A stretch of DNA of 64,000 bases from the NCBI GenBank assembly GCA_045806825.1, contig JBJMIP010000314.1, positions 8,730 through 72,729 of the forward strand. The letters run 5' to 3'. The notes beneath the pieces are model-generated. The model had not been told where the DNA came from. It was given only the letters and a program-made list of their open reading frames with translations, and did no database searches. A program made the position numbers and the translations under genes. Position 1 is the first letter of the stretch. Each line of letters begins with the position of its first letter. Shown here piece after piece: positions 18,247 through 26,508 of this stretch. This stretch comes from Marmoricola sp. (GTDB lineage: Bacteria; Actinomycetota; Actinomycetes; Propionibacteriales; Nocardioidaceae).

Positions 18247-19455
18247 TCAGTGCCCTTCGAAGGATGGTTTGGCCTTGGCGCGGAAGGCGGCGATGCCCGC
18301 CGCCGCGTCCTCGGTGTCACCGGACGCCGCGACGGCGACCGTCTCAGCGGTCAGCTGCTCGCCGAGTTCCCGTGTCGAGGTACCGCGGAGCAGCCGACGC
18401 ATGTGGCCGTACCCGGCCGTCGGTCCCTGGGCGAGTCGGGTGGCAAGCGCCAAGGCATGGTCGTAGACCTGGTCCGCGGGTACCAGCTCGTTGACCAGGC
18501 CGAGCTCCAGCGCCTCGGTCGCTGCCAGCGGGCGGTTCAGCAGGTACAGCTCCATCGCCTTGCGCGGACCTACCAGTCGCGGCAGGTGCCAGGTACCGCC
18601 GCCGTCGCCGGAGAGGCCGATCCCGGCGAAGGCGGTGACGAAACGCGCGTCGTCGGCTGCCACCACGAGGTCGGCGGCGAACAGGTAGCCGAGCCCGCCG
18701 CCGGCGGTGCTGCCCTGGGCAGCGGTGACGATTGGGGCGTCGATCCGGTCCAGGATCCGGAACGCCTCGTGGAACGGTCCGGTCATCCGGGCGAACAGGT
18801 CGCCGTAGGCCCCGGGTTCGGCGTTGTCCACGAAGTAGTCGATGTCCCCACCAACGGTGAGATCCGGACCTGCGCCGGAGATCAGCACCGCCCGGACGGA
18901 GTCGTCCTCCTCAATCATCCTGGCCGCGACCAGGGTCTCTTCGGCCACCTGGAGACTGATTGCGTTCCGCACGTCGGGGCGGTTCAGCCGCAGGTGCGCG
19001 ACCCCGTCCACCACCCGGTAGTCGATGGTCTCCAGCCGCCCGGCGGCACCGAGCGCTTCGGTCCAGAGGTGTGTGTCGGTGAGCTGCTCGAGCCGGGTGA
19101 TCCGGTCGCCCTCGACGGTGATCACGTGCACGAAGGCTGCGTCGAGGGGCACCTTCGAACGCCGGGCGCGGCCGACGTACCGGCCAGCGACATAGAGCCT
19201 GCCGTCGTCGAGGAGGTGGAACTCGGCCGGTTCGGCACGTACCTCGAACTTCCGGCCGATCTGCCACCAGACGTTCTCGCGCATCGCGTCGGGACCGTGC
19301 TGCTCCCCGGACGCAGCGACGACCAGGCCGTCCGCGGCGCGCCCGACGAAGTCGGGAGCGAGCACCTCGGCCAGCGCAGCCGCGTCGCCAGTGGCGAGCG
19401 CCGCGTAGAGACGGGTCGCTGCAGCGGTCGCGTCCTGAAGAGCAGATCCAGACAT
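18247..19455 (-). CDS. SnoaL/NTF2-like domain fused to enoyl-CoA hydratase/isomerase
   Basis: N-terminal ~135 aa SnoaL-like (LYAALATGD..LAPD; AFVHVITVEGDRITRLEQLTDT); C-terminal crotonase (LNRP..RNA, GGDI, AGGGLG). Confidence 0.82.
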   Translation of the reverse strand: MSGSALQDATAAATRLYAALATGDAAALAEVLAPDFVGRAADGLVVAASGEQHGPDAMRENVWWQIGRKFEVRAEPAEFHLLDDGRLYVAGRYVGRARRSKVPLDAAFVHVITVEGDRITRLEQLTDTHLWTEALGAAGRLETIDYRVVDGVAHLRLNRPDVRNAISLQVAEETLVAARMIEEDDSVRAVLISGAGPDLTVGGDIDYFVDNAEPGAYGDLFARMTGPFHEAFRILDRIDAPIVTAAQGSTAGGGLGYLFAADLVVAADDARFVTAFAGIGLSGDGGGTWHLPRLVGPRKAMELYLLNRPLAATEALELGLVNELVPADQVYDHALALATRLAQGPTAGYGHMRRLLRGTSTRELGEQLTAETVAVAASGDTEDAAAGIAAFRAKAKPSFEGH

Positions 19456-19493
19456 GTCCTTATTCTATATTAAAAAATAAAGTCGTCAACGGG

Positions 19494-20687
19494 TCAGCGA
19501 CCTCGTTCGTTGCCGACGACCGAGACGAACGACACACAACCGCCCGGACGACCGCCGAGATTGTGGGTCAGCGCGGTGTACGGATCGACGAGCTGCCGCT
19601 CCCCCGCCTCCCCGCGCAGCTGCAGCCACGCCTCGTAGAGCATCCGCAACCCGCTTGCGCCGACCGGGTGCCCGAACGACTTCAGGCCGCCATCGACGTT
19701 CACCGGCAGTCGGCCGTCGGAGTCGAAGTCACCGGCCAGCACGTCCTTCCAGGCCTGACCGGCCGCGGTGAACCCGAGGTCCTCCATCAGCACGATCTCC
19801 GTCGGCGTGAAGCAGTCGTGTACCTCGGCCAGCGAGAGCTGGGCAGCCGGGTCGGTGATCCCGGCCTGGGCGTAGGCGTCCCGGGCCGAAGCGAGCACCT
19901 CGGGGAACGAGGTGAAGTCGTACGCCGGGTCGAGACCGCCGCGCATCGGTCCCGAAGCCAGCGCCAGCGCCTTTACGAAGATCGGCCGGTCGGTGTAGTC
20001 GTAGGCGTCCTCGGCGCGGACGACCAGCGCCGCGGCCGCACCGTCGGAGACCCCGGAGCAGTCGAAGATGCCGAGCCGGCCGGCCACCCGCGGCGCTGCG
20101 TCGATCTTCTCCTTCGACACCTCCGACCGGAACTGCGCCTTCGGGTTGCGGGCACCGTTGACGTGGTTCTTCCAGGCGACGTGGGTCATCGCGGCGCGCA
20201 TCTCCGCCGGGTCGACGCCGTACTTTGCGCAGTACGCCGGGTCCAGCAGCGAGAACGCCGCCGGCGCGGTCAGCGAGAGCTCGGCCGCCGTGCCGTCCGC
20301 GGGCGGGTCGGCGCGGAGCAGGCCGGAAGAGCCCGAGTCCTTCAGCTTCTCGACGCCGACCGCCATCACCCGGTCGTAGGCACCGGAGGCGACCGCGTAG
20401 CAGGCGCTCCGGAACGACTCCGAGCCGGTGGCGCAGTAGTTCTCCACCCGGGTCACCGGCTTGTAGTCCAGGCCGAGGGGACGACTCAGCGTCAACCCCG
20501 ACTGACCGGAGCCGAGCGTGCCGAGCCAGAAGGCGTCCACGTCGTCCCGGGCGATCCCGGCCGAGGTCAGGCACTCACCGACCGCGTCGAGCAGCAGGTC
20601 GTCGGTCGACGAGGTCCACAGCTCCCCGAACTCGGTGCAGCCCATCCCGACGATGGCGACCTTGTCGGCGATTCCGTTGCTGCTCAT
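19494..20687 (-). CDS. SCP2/SCPx-type thiolase-family protein (PhlC/IpfD-like)
   Basis: RVENYCATGS, DCSGVSDGAAA, EVHDCF, GHPVGASG, HNLGG. Confidence 0.88.
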   Translation of the reverse strand: MSSNGIADKVAIVGMGCTEFGELWTSSTDDLLLDAVGECLTSAGIARDDVDAFWLGTLGSGQSGLTLSRPLGLDYKPVTRVENYCATGSESFRSACYAVASGAYDRVMAVGVEKLKDSGSSGLLRADPPADGTAAELSLTAPAAFSLLDPAYCAKYGVDPAEMRAAMTHVAWKNHVNGARNPKAQFRSEVSKEKIDAAPRVAGRLGIFDCSGVSDGAAAALVVRAEDAYDYTDRPIFVKALALASGPMRGGLDPAYDFTSFPEVLASARDAYAQAGITDPAAQLSLAEVHDCFTPTEIVLMEDLGFTAAGQAWKDVLAGDFDSDGRLPVNVDGGLKSFGHPVGASGLRMLYEAWLQLRGEAGERQLVDPYTALTHNLGGRPGGCVSFVSVVGNERGR

Positions 20688-22006
20688 CAGCGCACCTGAG
20701 CCTTCCAGAAGTAGTTGTGCACGGCGCCGGCGGTGAACAGCGAGCGGAAGGTCAGGCCGACCTCGGTCCCCACCGCGATCTGCTCCGGATCGGCGTCCGC
20801 CACCTCGAGCGAGGTGCGCCCGCCGCCGGCGAAGTCGACGACGACGTCGACCACCGGAGGGGACTGGGAGAAGGCCAGCCGGTCGACCGTGAAGGTCGCG
20901 ACAGTGCCAGTCAGGTCTGCTGCCCGGACCGACTCCATGGCATCTGCGGTCGAGCACTGCCGACAGACCCGCAGCGGCGGCAGGTGCAGGAACCCGCACG
21001 CGGTGCAGCGCGACCCGGTGAATCCGAACTTCCAGCTCGCGGCCCGGGCGGACGGCGGGCCGGCGGGGCGGTCAGGCTCCGGTCGCCGCGGCAGTTCCCG
21101 CTCCAGCAGGCCGCGCCAGGACAGGTAGGTCAGGTACGGGACCGGTCGGCCGGCAGCGAGCTGGTCAGCCAGCGGGGTTGCCTGACGACGGGAGGGCAGC
21201 AGCTCGGTGGTCAGCAGCACCCAGGCGTCGCAGCCGTCAACCGCGGAGAGCAGCAGGATCGTCTCGCCGGGACCGGCAGTGTCCAGGACTCCGGCCAGGG
21301 CGACGGCCAGGTCTGCCGCTCCCAGGAACCCGACAGGGTTGCCGCCGGTCGACAGCCGACCCTTGACCAGGCTGCCGGCTCGCTTGGAGATGCCCGCGTT
21401 GGGCGAGGTCAGCACCACGTGGTCGGCCTCGGTGATTCCGGCTGCGTCCAGCGCGCGGTCGGCCGCGGTCCGGACCAGCCCGGCGTACTGCTCGAAGCCG
21501 AAACGCTCCTCCCACTGCTCGCCGGTCTTGCTCTGCGGTGAGCGCCAGCGGTCCAGGAACTCGGCGCTCTCGGAGACTTCAGCGAGAATCTCGGCGATGA
21601 CGTCGCCGTCCCCGAAGAGCAGCGCGGCGGCACCGTCAGCGCCGCTGCGCTCGTCAGCCGATCCGGGCTTGCCGACCCGCACGTCCGCGCTCACAACCAG
21701 CCCGCCGGTCAGTCGAGCAGAGCGGATCCCAGCAGCGGTGGAACGACCGGTGCCGACCAGGTCGCTGGCGAAGACCGTGCTGGGCAGCCCGAGGGCAGCC
21801 ACCAGGGTGGTCGCGTTGGTCTTGTCGGCGTACGCCGGGGTCGAGGTGGAGAAGTAAAGGTGCTCAGGAGACGAAGCATACGCGAGCGCGGCAGTTGCCG
21901 CGGCGACGCCGAGGGTGTTGCTGTCCTCGTCGAAGGAGGCCACCACCCGATTCTTCTCCATCCGGCCGACCGGCAGGTAGGTCGCGTACCCGATCAGGCC
22001 GGTCAC
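20687..22006 (-). CDS. HMG-CoA synthase/KASIII-like domain fused to DUF35 (Zn-ribbon + OB-fold)
   Basis: GYATYLP, DEDSNTLG, GADGAAA; C-terminal CTAC..CRQC and OB-fold ending HNYFWKA; GTG overlaps upstream stop. Confidence 0.85.
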   Translation of the reverse strand: MTGLIGYATYLPVGRMEKNRVVASFDEDSNTLGVAAATAALAYASSPEHLYFSTSTPAYADKTNATTLVAALGLPSTVFASDLVGTGRSTAAGIRSARLTGGLVVSADVRVGKPGSADERSGADGAAALLFGDGDVIAEILAEVSESAEFLDRWRSPQSKTGEQWEERFGFEQYAGLVRTAADRALDAAGITEADHVVLTSPNAGISKRAGSLVKGRLSTGGNPVGFLGAADLAVALAGVLDTAGPGETILLLSAVDGCDAWVLLTTELLPSRRQATPLADQLAAGRPVPYLTYLSWRGLLERELPRRPEPDRPAGPPSARAASWKFGFTGSRCTACGFLHLPPLRVCRQCSTADAMESVRAADLTGTVATFTVDRLAFSQSPPVVDVVVDFAGGGRTSLEVADADPEQIAVGTEVGLTFRSLFTAGAVHNYFWKAQVR

Positions 22007-23214
22007 TGGTGCACCCCTCGGAACAGCGCCGCGATGCCCTGGCCGCCGCCGACACACATCGTCTCCAGCGCCAGCCCGCCACGACGGCGGTCCAACTCGT
22101 GCAGCATCGTGGTCAGGATCCGGACCCCGGTCGCCCCGATCGGGTGGCCGAGCGAGATGCCGGAGCCGTTCACGTTCAGGCGGCTGTCCACCTCCTCGAG
22201 CTTCAGCCCCCAAGCGGAGAGGACCGCCAGCACCTGGACGGCGAAGGCTTCGTTCACCTCGATCAGGTCCAAGTCGTCGAACCCCACCCCCGTGCGGATC
22301 AACAGCTTCTGGACCGCACCGACCGGGCCGAGCCCCATCGTGGCGGGCTCGCAACCGACGGCGGCCCAGCCCTCGAACCAGGCGATCGGCTCGAGCCCGA
22401 GCTCCTCGAGCTTGTCCTCGGTAACGACCAGGCAGGCAGCGGCGGCATCGTTCTGCTGCGCGGCGTTGCCGGCCGTGACAGTGCCGTCCTTGCTCACCGT
22501 GCGCAGCCCGGCCAGCGTCTCTGGAGTTGTGCCCGGCCGGACGCCTTCGTCACGATCGAAGACAACGTCGTCCCCACGGCGCTGCGGCACGTGCACCGGC
22601 ACCACCTCGTCGGCGAAAACTCCGGAGTCCCAGGCGGCAGCAGCGCGTTCGTGGCTGCGGACGGCGAAGGCGTCGGACTCCTCGCGGCCGATCCCGAAGT
22701 CGCGGGCCAGGTTCTCGGCGGTCTCGATCATGCCGCTGATCCGGCCGAACCGGTGCTCGGGCTGGGAACGCTCGCGGCCGCGGTCGAGGCGGTCGTACAG
22801 CACCTGGTTCCCCGACCGCGAGCCCCAGCGCGCTGTGGTCGTGTAGTGCTCGATGTTGCTCATCGACTCTACGCCGCCGGCGATCACGACGTCGGCCGCA
22901 CCGGTCTGCACCGTCATTGCAGCGTTGATCACCGCCTGCAGTCCCCCACCGCAGCGGCGGTCCACCTGGTAACCCGGGACTGCGATCGGCAGACCCGCGT
23001 GCAGCGCTGCCCAGCGACCGATACAGGGAGCCTCGGAGTTGGCGTAGGACTGTGCGAACGCGACGTCCTCGATCCGCTCCGGGTCGACCCCGGACCGGCT
23101 GACCAGTGCCTTGATCACCTCGGCAGCGAGATCCTCGGCGGGCATCGGAAGCAGGCTCCCGCCGAAGGTGCCGACCGCTGTTCGTACCGGGCTCACGATC
23201 GCTACGCGACGCAT
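22003..23214 (-). CDS. Acetyl-CoA C-acyltransferase (thiolase)
   Basis: RTAVG, DRRCGGG, NEAFA, GHPIGATG, CVGGGQG; RBS GAGGAA before ATG 23214. Confidence 0.92.
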   Translation of the reverse strand: MRRVAIVSPVRTAVGTFGGSLLPMPAEDLAAEVIKALVSRSGVDPERIEDVAFAQSYANSEAPCIGRWAALHAGLPIAVPGYQVDRRCGGGLQAVINAAMTVQTGAADVVIAGGVESMSNIEHYTTTARWGSRSGNQVLYDRLDRGRERSQPEHRFGRISGMIETAENLARDFGIGREESDAFAVRSHERAAAAWDSGVFADEVVPVHVPQRRGDDVVFDRDEGVRPGTTPETLAGLRTVSKDGTVTAGNAAQQNDAAAACLVVTEDKLEELGLEPIAWFEGWAAVGCEPATMGLGPVGAVQKLLIRTGVGFDDLDLIEVNEAFAVQVLAVLSAWGLKLEEVDSRLNVNGSGISLGHPIGATGVRILTTMLHELDRRRGGLALETMCVGGGQGIAALFRGVHQ

Positions 23215-23246
23215 CTCGTTCCTCGATCCATCTGGAGTGGTGGCCA

Positions 23247-24509
23247 TCAACTGGCCAAGGTCTGCTCGGCAGCCAGCGCGAGCCCGTCGCGGACGGCGGG
23301 GTCGGCGATCGCGAGCATCCGCTCGACCCGCTGCTCCAAGGCCAGCCCGCGGAGGTCGGCGACACCGTGCTCGGTGACCACGACGATCTCCTCCGAGCGC
23401 GGGGTCGAGACCGGGCCGGAGAGTTTGGCGACGATCCGGGTCGAACCCTTGGTCGTCGAAGGCAGGGCCACGATCGGTACGCCGCCCCGCGACCGGGCAG
23501 CGCCGCGGAGGAAGTCGACCGCACCGCCGATCGCACCGACGTAGCGGCCGGCGGCGACCTCGGCGTTCACCTGCCCGGTGAGGTCGACCTCGAGCGCGGC
23601 GTTGATCGCCACCAGCTGGTGCGACTGGGCCAGCACCGCCGGGTCGTGGGTGTAGGCCGTGCTGCGCAGCTCCAGCCGACCGTTGCGGTGGGCGTACCGG
23701 AACAATGCCTCGGTCCCGCCGAGCAGGCCCCCGATGGCGACCCGCCGGTCCAGGGTCTTCCGTTCACCGGTCGCCACGCCCTTCTCGATCAGGCGCAGGG
23801 ACGCGTCGTTGATGATCCCGGAGTGGATCCCGAGATCACGGTGCTGGCCGAGCTGGTCGAGCACCGCCTCGGGGAGAGCGCCGATCCCGAACTGCAGCGT
23901 CGCGCCGTCCTGGACCAGCCCGGCAACCTGTCGGGCAACAGCTTCCGTCTGGTCGCTGACCAGCGGCGTCGGCATCGTTCCCGGGGTCCGGGACGTGTGA
24001 ATCATCGCCTCGCAGTGATGCGCCATCAGGGTGCGCGCACCGTAGGTGAACGGCACCTGGTCGTTGACCTCCGCGATCACCGTCCGCGCGGTGCCGATCG
24101 CAGCGGAGAAGTAGTCGTCCGCTAGCCCGAGGCTGTGCCGACCACTCTCGTCGGGCGGCGACACCTGCACGAACACGACGTCAGCCCGAAACGATCCGGA
24201 GGTGAGCATCGCCGGCAGATCGGAGTAGTGCGCAGGCACGATCTGCAGCCGGCCGGCATCGTGCAGGGCGGCGTTCGAACCGGCACCGCAGTAGGAGAGC
24301 ACCTCGAGGGTCGGGGCCGCGGCGACCGACTCTGCGGTGACCGCGCTGTCAGCCGGGATCCCGACGAAGCAGCGGACCGGACCGATCCGCTCGGCCTGCG
24401 CGACCAACTGCTCAGTGAGGGTCCGTGGCTCGCTGCAGGCCTGGCCCCACACGACGAGGTCACCCGGCTTGACGAACCGGGTCAGGTCGATGACGGAGTC
24501 AGGCATCAT
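23247..24509 (-). CDS. Acetyl-CoA hydrolase/CoA-transferase family protein
   Basis: IAEVN, DGATLQFGIG, EVDLTGQVNAE, GGAVDF, VVTEHGVADL. Confidence 0.88.
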   Translation of the reverse strand: MMPDSVIDLTRFVKPGDLVVWGQACSEPRTLTEQLVAQAERIGPVRCFVGIPADSAVTAESVAAAPTLEVLSYCGAGSNAALHDAGRLQIVPAHYSDLPAMLTSGSFRADVVFVQVSPPDESGRHSLGLADDYFSAAIGTARTVIAEVNDQVPFTYGARTLMAHHCEAMIHTSRTPGTMPTPLVSDQTEAVARQVAGLVQDGATLQFGIGALPEAVLDQLGQHRDLGIHSGIINDASLRLIEKGVATGERKTLDRRVAIGGLLGGTEALFRYAHRNGRLELRSTAYTHDPAVLAQSHQLVAINAALEVDLTGQVNAEVAAGRYVGAIGGAVDFLRGAARSRGGVPIVALPSTTKGSTRIVAKLSGPVSTPRSEEIVVVTEHGVADLRGLALEQRVERMLAIADPAVRDGLALAAEQTLAS

Positions 24510-24720
24510 GACGCCAACGGTCGGCCGAAGGGTCGAGCAACCGGTCCAGGCGGTCCTGCGCCAGGTGCACCAGCGCCTCCAGCTGGAGGGGGTCCAGGAA
24601 CCCAACCTCGCCGGTGCGCAGGTCCTCGACGCGGAGCCGGGCGGAATTGCCCCCACCGTCGATCCGGACCGAGACCGAGGCGAACTCGTTCTCGACCAGG
24701 CCTACCGGGACGTCACTCAT
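24499..24720 (-). CDS. Small protein of unknown function of the type found beside actinobacterial ring-hydroxylating oxygenases
   Basis: Overlaps both neighbours; NEFA.V.V and LDPL.LEAL motifs recalled from such clusters. Confidence 0.7.
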   Translation of the reverse strand: MSDVPVGLVENEFASVSVRIDGGGNSARLRVEDLRTGEVGFLDPLQLEALVHLAQDRLDRLLDPSADRWRHDA

Positions 24721-25250
24721 ATCAAGAAGGCCATCGTTGGGATCGCCTTGTCGTTGTCGACCAGGACGACCTTTTTGTAGGCCAGCCGGAGTTCACCTTC
24801 GATCCGACGGATCCGGTACGTGGTTCGGCCGCCCCACAGCTCGTTGCCGCGCTGGCGGGACTCGAACGCCAGGAAGTTGGCGCCGACCTCGAGGTCGACA
24901 CCACCCTCGGCGTTGGCCCGGCCGCCGAGCAGCTCGATGTTGCCGATGATCCGGCGCAGGTTCGACGGCGGAGCCTGGGCGTAGCGCTTTCCGGTCCGGA
25001 CCTGCTTCATCCGGGTCGAGATCCGGTTGCGGTTGTCATAGATCACCGAGACCTGGTTGATCGGGTCGATGTCCGCGCCGCCGGCCGGCACCCAGTACAG
25101 GGCGTCATCGGTCCAGAGCGCTTCCCAGGAGTCGTAGTCGTTCTCGTCCGCGAAGCGCGCCTCTCGGAAGAGGAACTGCTCGACCTCGCGCAGATCCCAG
25201 CCCTCGGGCACGGGCAACAACTCGTCGGTGGCGGTGTCGATGACCGTCAT
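24717..25250 (-). CDS. Ring-hydroxylating dioxygenase beta subunit
   Basis: EQFLFREARFAD, YWVP, KKVVLVDND. Confidence 0.92.
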   Translation of the reverse strand: MTVIDTATDELLPVPEGWDLREVEQFLFREARFADENDYDSWEALWTDDALYWVPAGGADIDPINQVSVIYDNRNRISTRMKQVRTGKRYAQAPPSNLRRIIGNIELLGGRANAEGGVDLEVGANFLAFESRQRGNELWGGRTTYRIRRIEGELRLAYKKVVLVDNDKAIPTMAFLI

Positions 25251-25251
25251 G

Positions 25252-26508
25252 TCACGCCTCCATCAGGGTCTTGTAGTGCGCCCAGAAGCCGCGCATGCCG
25301 GTCTCGTCGGTGGCGGTGCCGATCGTGAATCCGTTCTCGTCGGTCTGCTCGCGATGCAGTCCGCGGCGTACGTCGAGCCATTCGGGGCGCAGGGTCTCGA
25401 CCCCACGCTGGTTGCGCTCGTACATCTCGGTGTCGTCGGCCAGCAGCATCCCGGCCGGGCCGACCGACCCGATCGACTGGCTGATCATCCGCTTGTTCAG
25501 CTCGGGAGCGCCGGCGAGCTGGACCGCAGTGGAGTACTGGACACACTCGCCGACCGCGACCGGCTGGATGTTGAAGACCTGGATCTCCGCGATGAACAGG
25601 TTCGGGAAGATCATCACGTGCGGTGCGCCCTCGACCATCCGTCGTTCGGCGTCCACACCGTGCGTTTCGCGCATCGCGGCGACGTAGTCAGGCACCCGGT
25701 CAGCGGTGGTACCGAACCAGCGCATCGGCTCGTCGAACTTGCGGAACTCGGGACGCAGGTCGTTCTCGCTGTGGCCGTTGCCCAGGTTGCGGGTGACCGC
25801 GGTCGAGGAGTCGCTGTACAGCGCGCCGATCGGACTTCCGGTGACCCCGAAGATCGAACCGTGCACGAACTGCGGGTGGTAGCCGTCGGTCTCGTTCTCG
25901 GCGAGCAGCTTCCAGTTCGCCTTGGTCTTGTGCTGCAGCCACCCGGCCGTCAGCTCCACCTTGCCCTGAGGCGACAGCCCGACCAGCCGGTCGATCTCGC
26001 CCGCGGCGGCACCGAGGTGCTCGACCAGGCTCGGACCCTGCTCGGCGAAGCTGCCGAAGACGAAGCCCCGGTACGACGCCACCCGCGGCACCTTGCCCAT
26101 CCCGAGCTCGAGCTTGTTCTTACCGCCGTAGCCCTGGTTGTAGGGGTAGCCGAGCAACTCGCCAGTGTTGCGGTAGGTCCACCCGTGGTACGGGCAGCGG
26201 AACGAGCTGGAGTTGCCCTTGTCGTCATCACAGACCTGATTGCCGCGGTGCGCGCACCGATTGAGCAGCAGGTGCACCTCGCCGTCCTTGTCGCGGGTCA
26301 TCACGACGTCCTGGAGCCCAAGCCGCTTGCGGACGTAGTCGTTCGGCTCCGGAACCTCGCTCTCGTGCCCGACGAAGACCCAGGTGGTGTACCAGATCTT
26401 GGCGAGCTCGCGGGAGAAGATCGACCGGTCGGTGTAGAGCGAACCGTGCACCTTGTCGGGCCGGATCAGCTCGTCGAGCTCGAGCTGCGGAGGGAGTAAC
26501 GCGGTCAT
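25252..26508 (-). CDS. Rieske ring-hydroxylating dioxygenase alpha subunit
   Basis: Rieske motif CAH...CPYHGW; non-heme Fe motif ENETDGYHPQFVH and DD; ATGA overlap with ligase. Confidence 0.93.
   Translation of the reverse strand: MTALLPPQLELDELIRPDKVHGSLYTDRSIFSRELAKIWYTTWVFVGHESEVPEPNDYVRKRLGLQDVVMTRDKDGEVHLLLNRCAHRGNQVCDDDKGNSSSFRCPYHGWTYRNTGELLGYPYNQGYGGKNKLELGMGKVPRVASYRGFVFGSFAEQGPSLVEHLGAAAGEIDRLVGLSPQGKVELTAGWLQHKTKANWKLLAENETDGYHPQFVHGSIFGVTGSPIGALYSDSSTAVTRNLGNGHSENDLRPEFRKFDEPMRWFGTTADRVPDYVAAMRETHGVDAERRMVEGAPHVMIFPNLFIAEIQVFNIQPVAVGECVQYSTAVQLAGAPELNKRMISQSIGSVGPAGMLLADDTEMYERNQRGVETLRPEWLDVRRGLHREQTDENGFTIGTATDETGMRGFWAHYKTLMEA

Noticed and set aside
15903-18494. 863-aa + strand ORF and many other long overlapping ORFs (e.g. 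7875..9269, 44929..46548)
   Set aside because: Antisense or alternate-frame shadows of well-supported genes in high-GC DNA; no motifs, Arg/Gly/Pro-biased.
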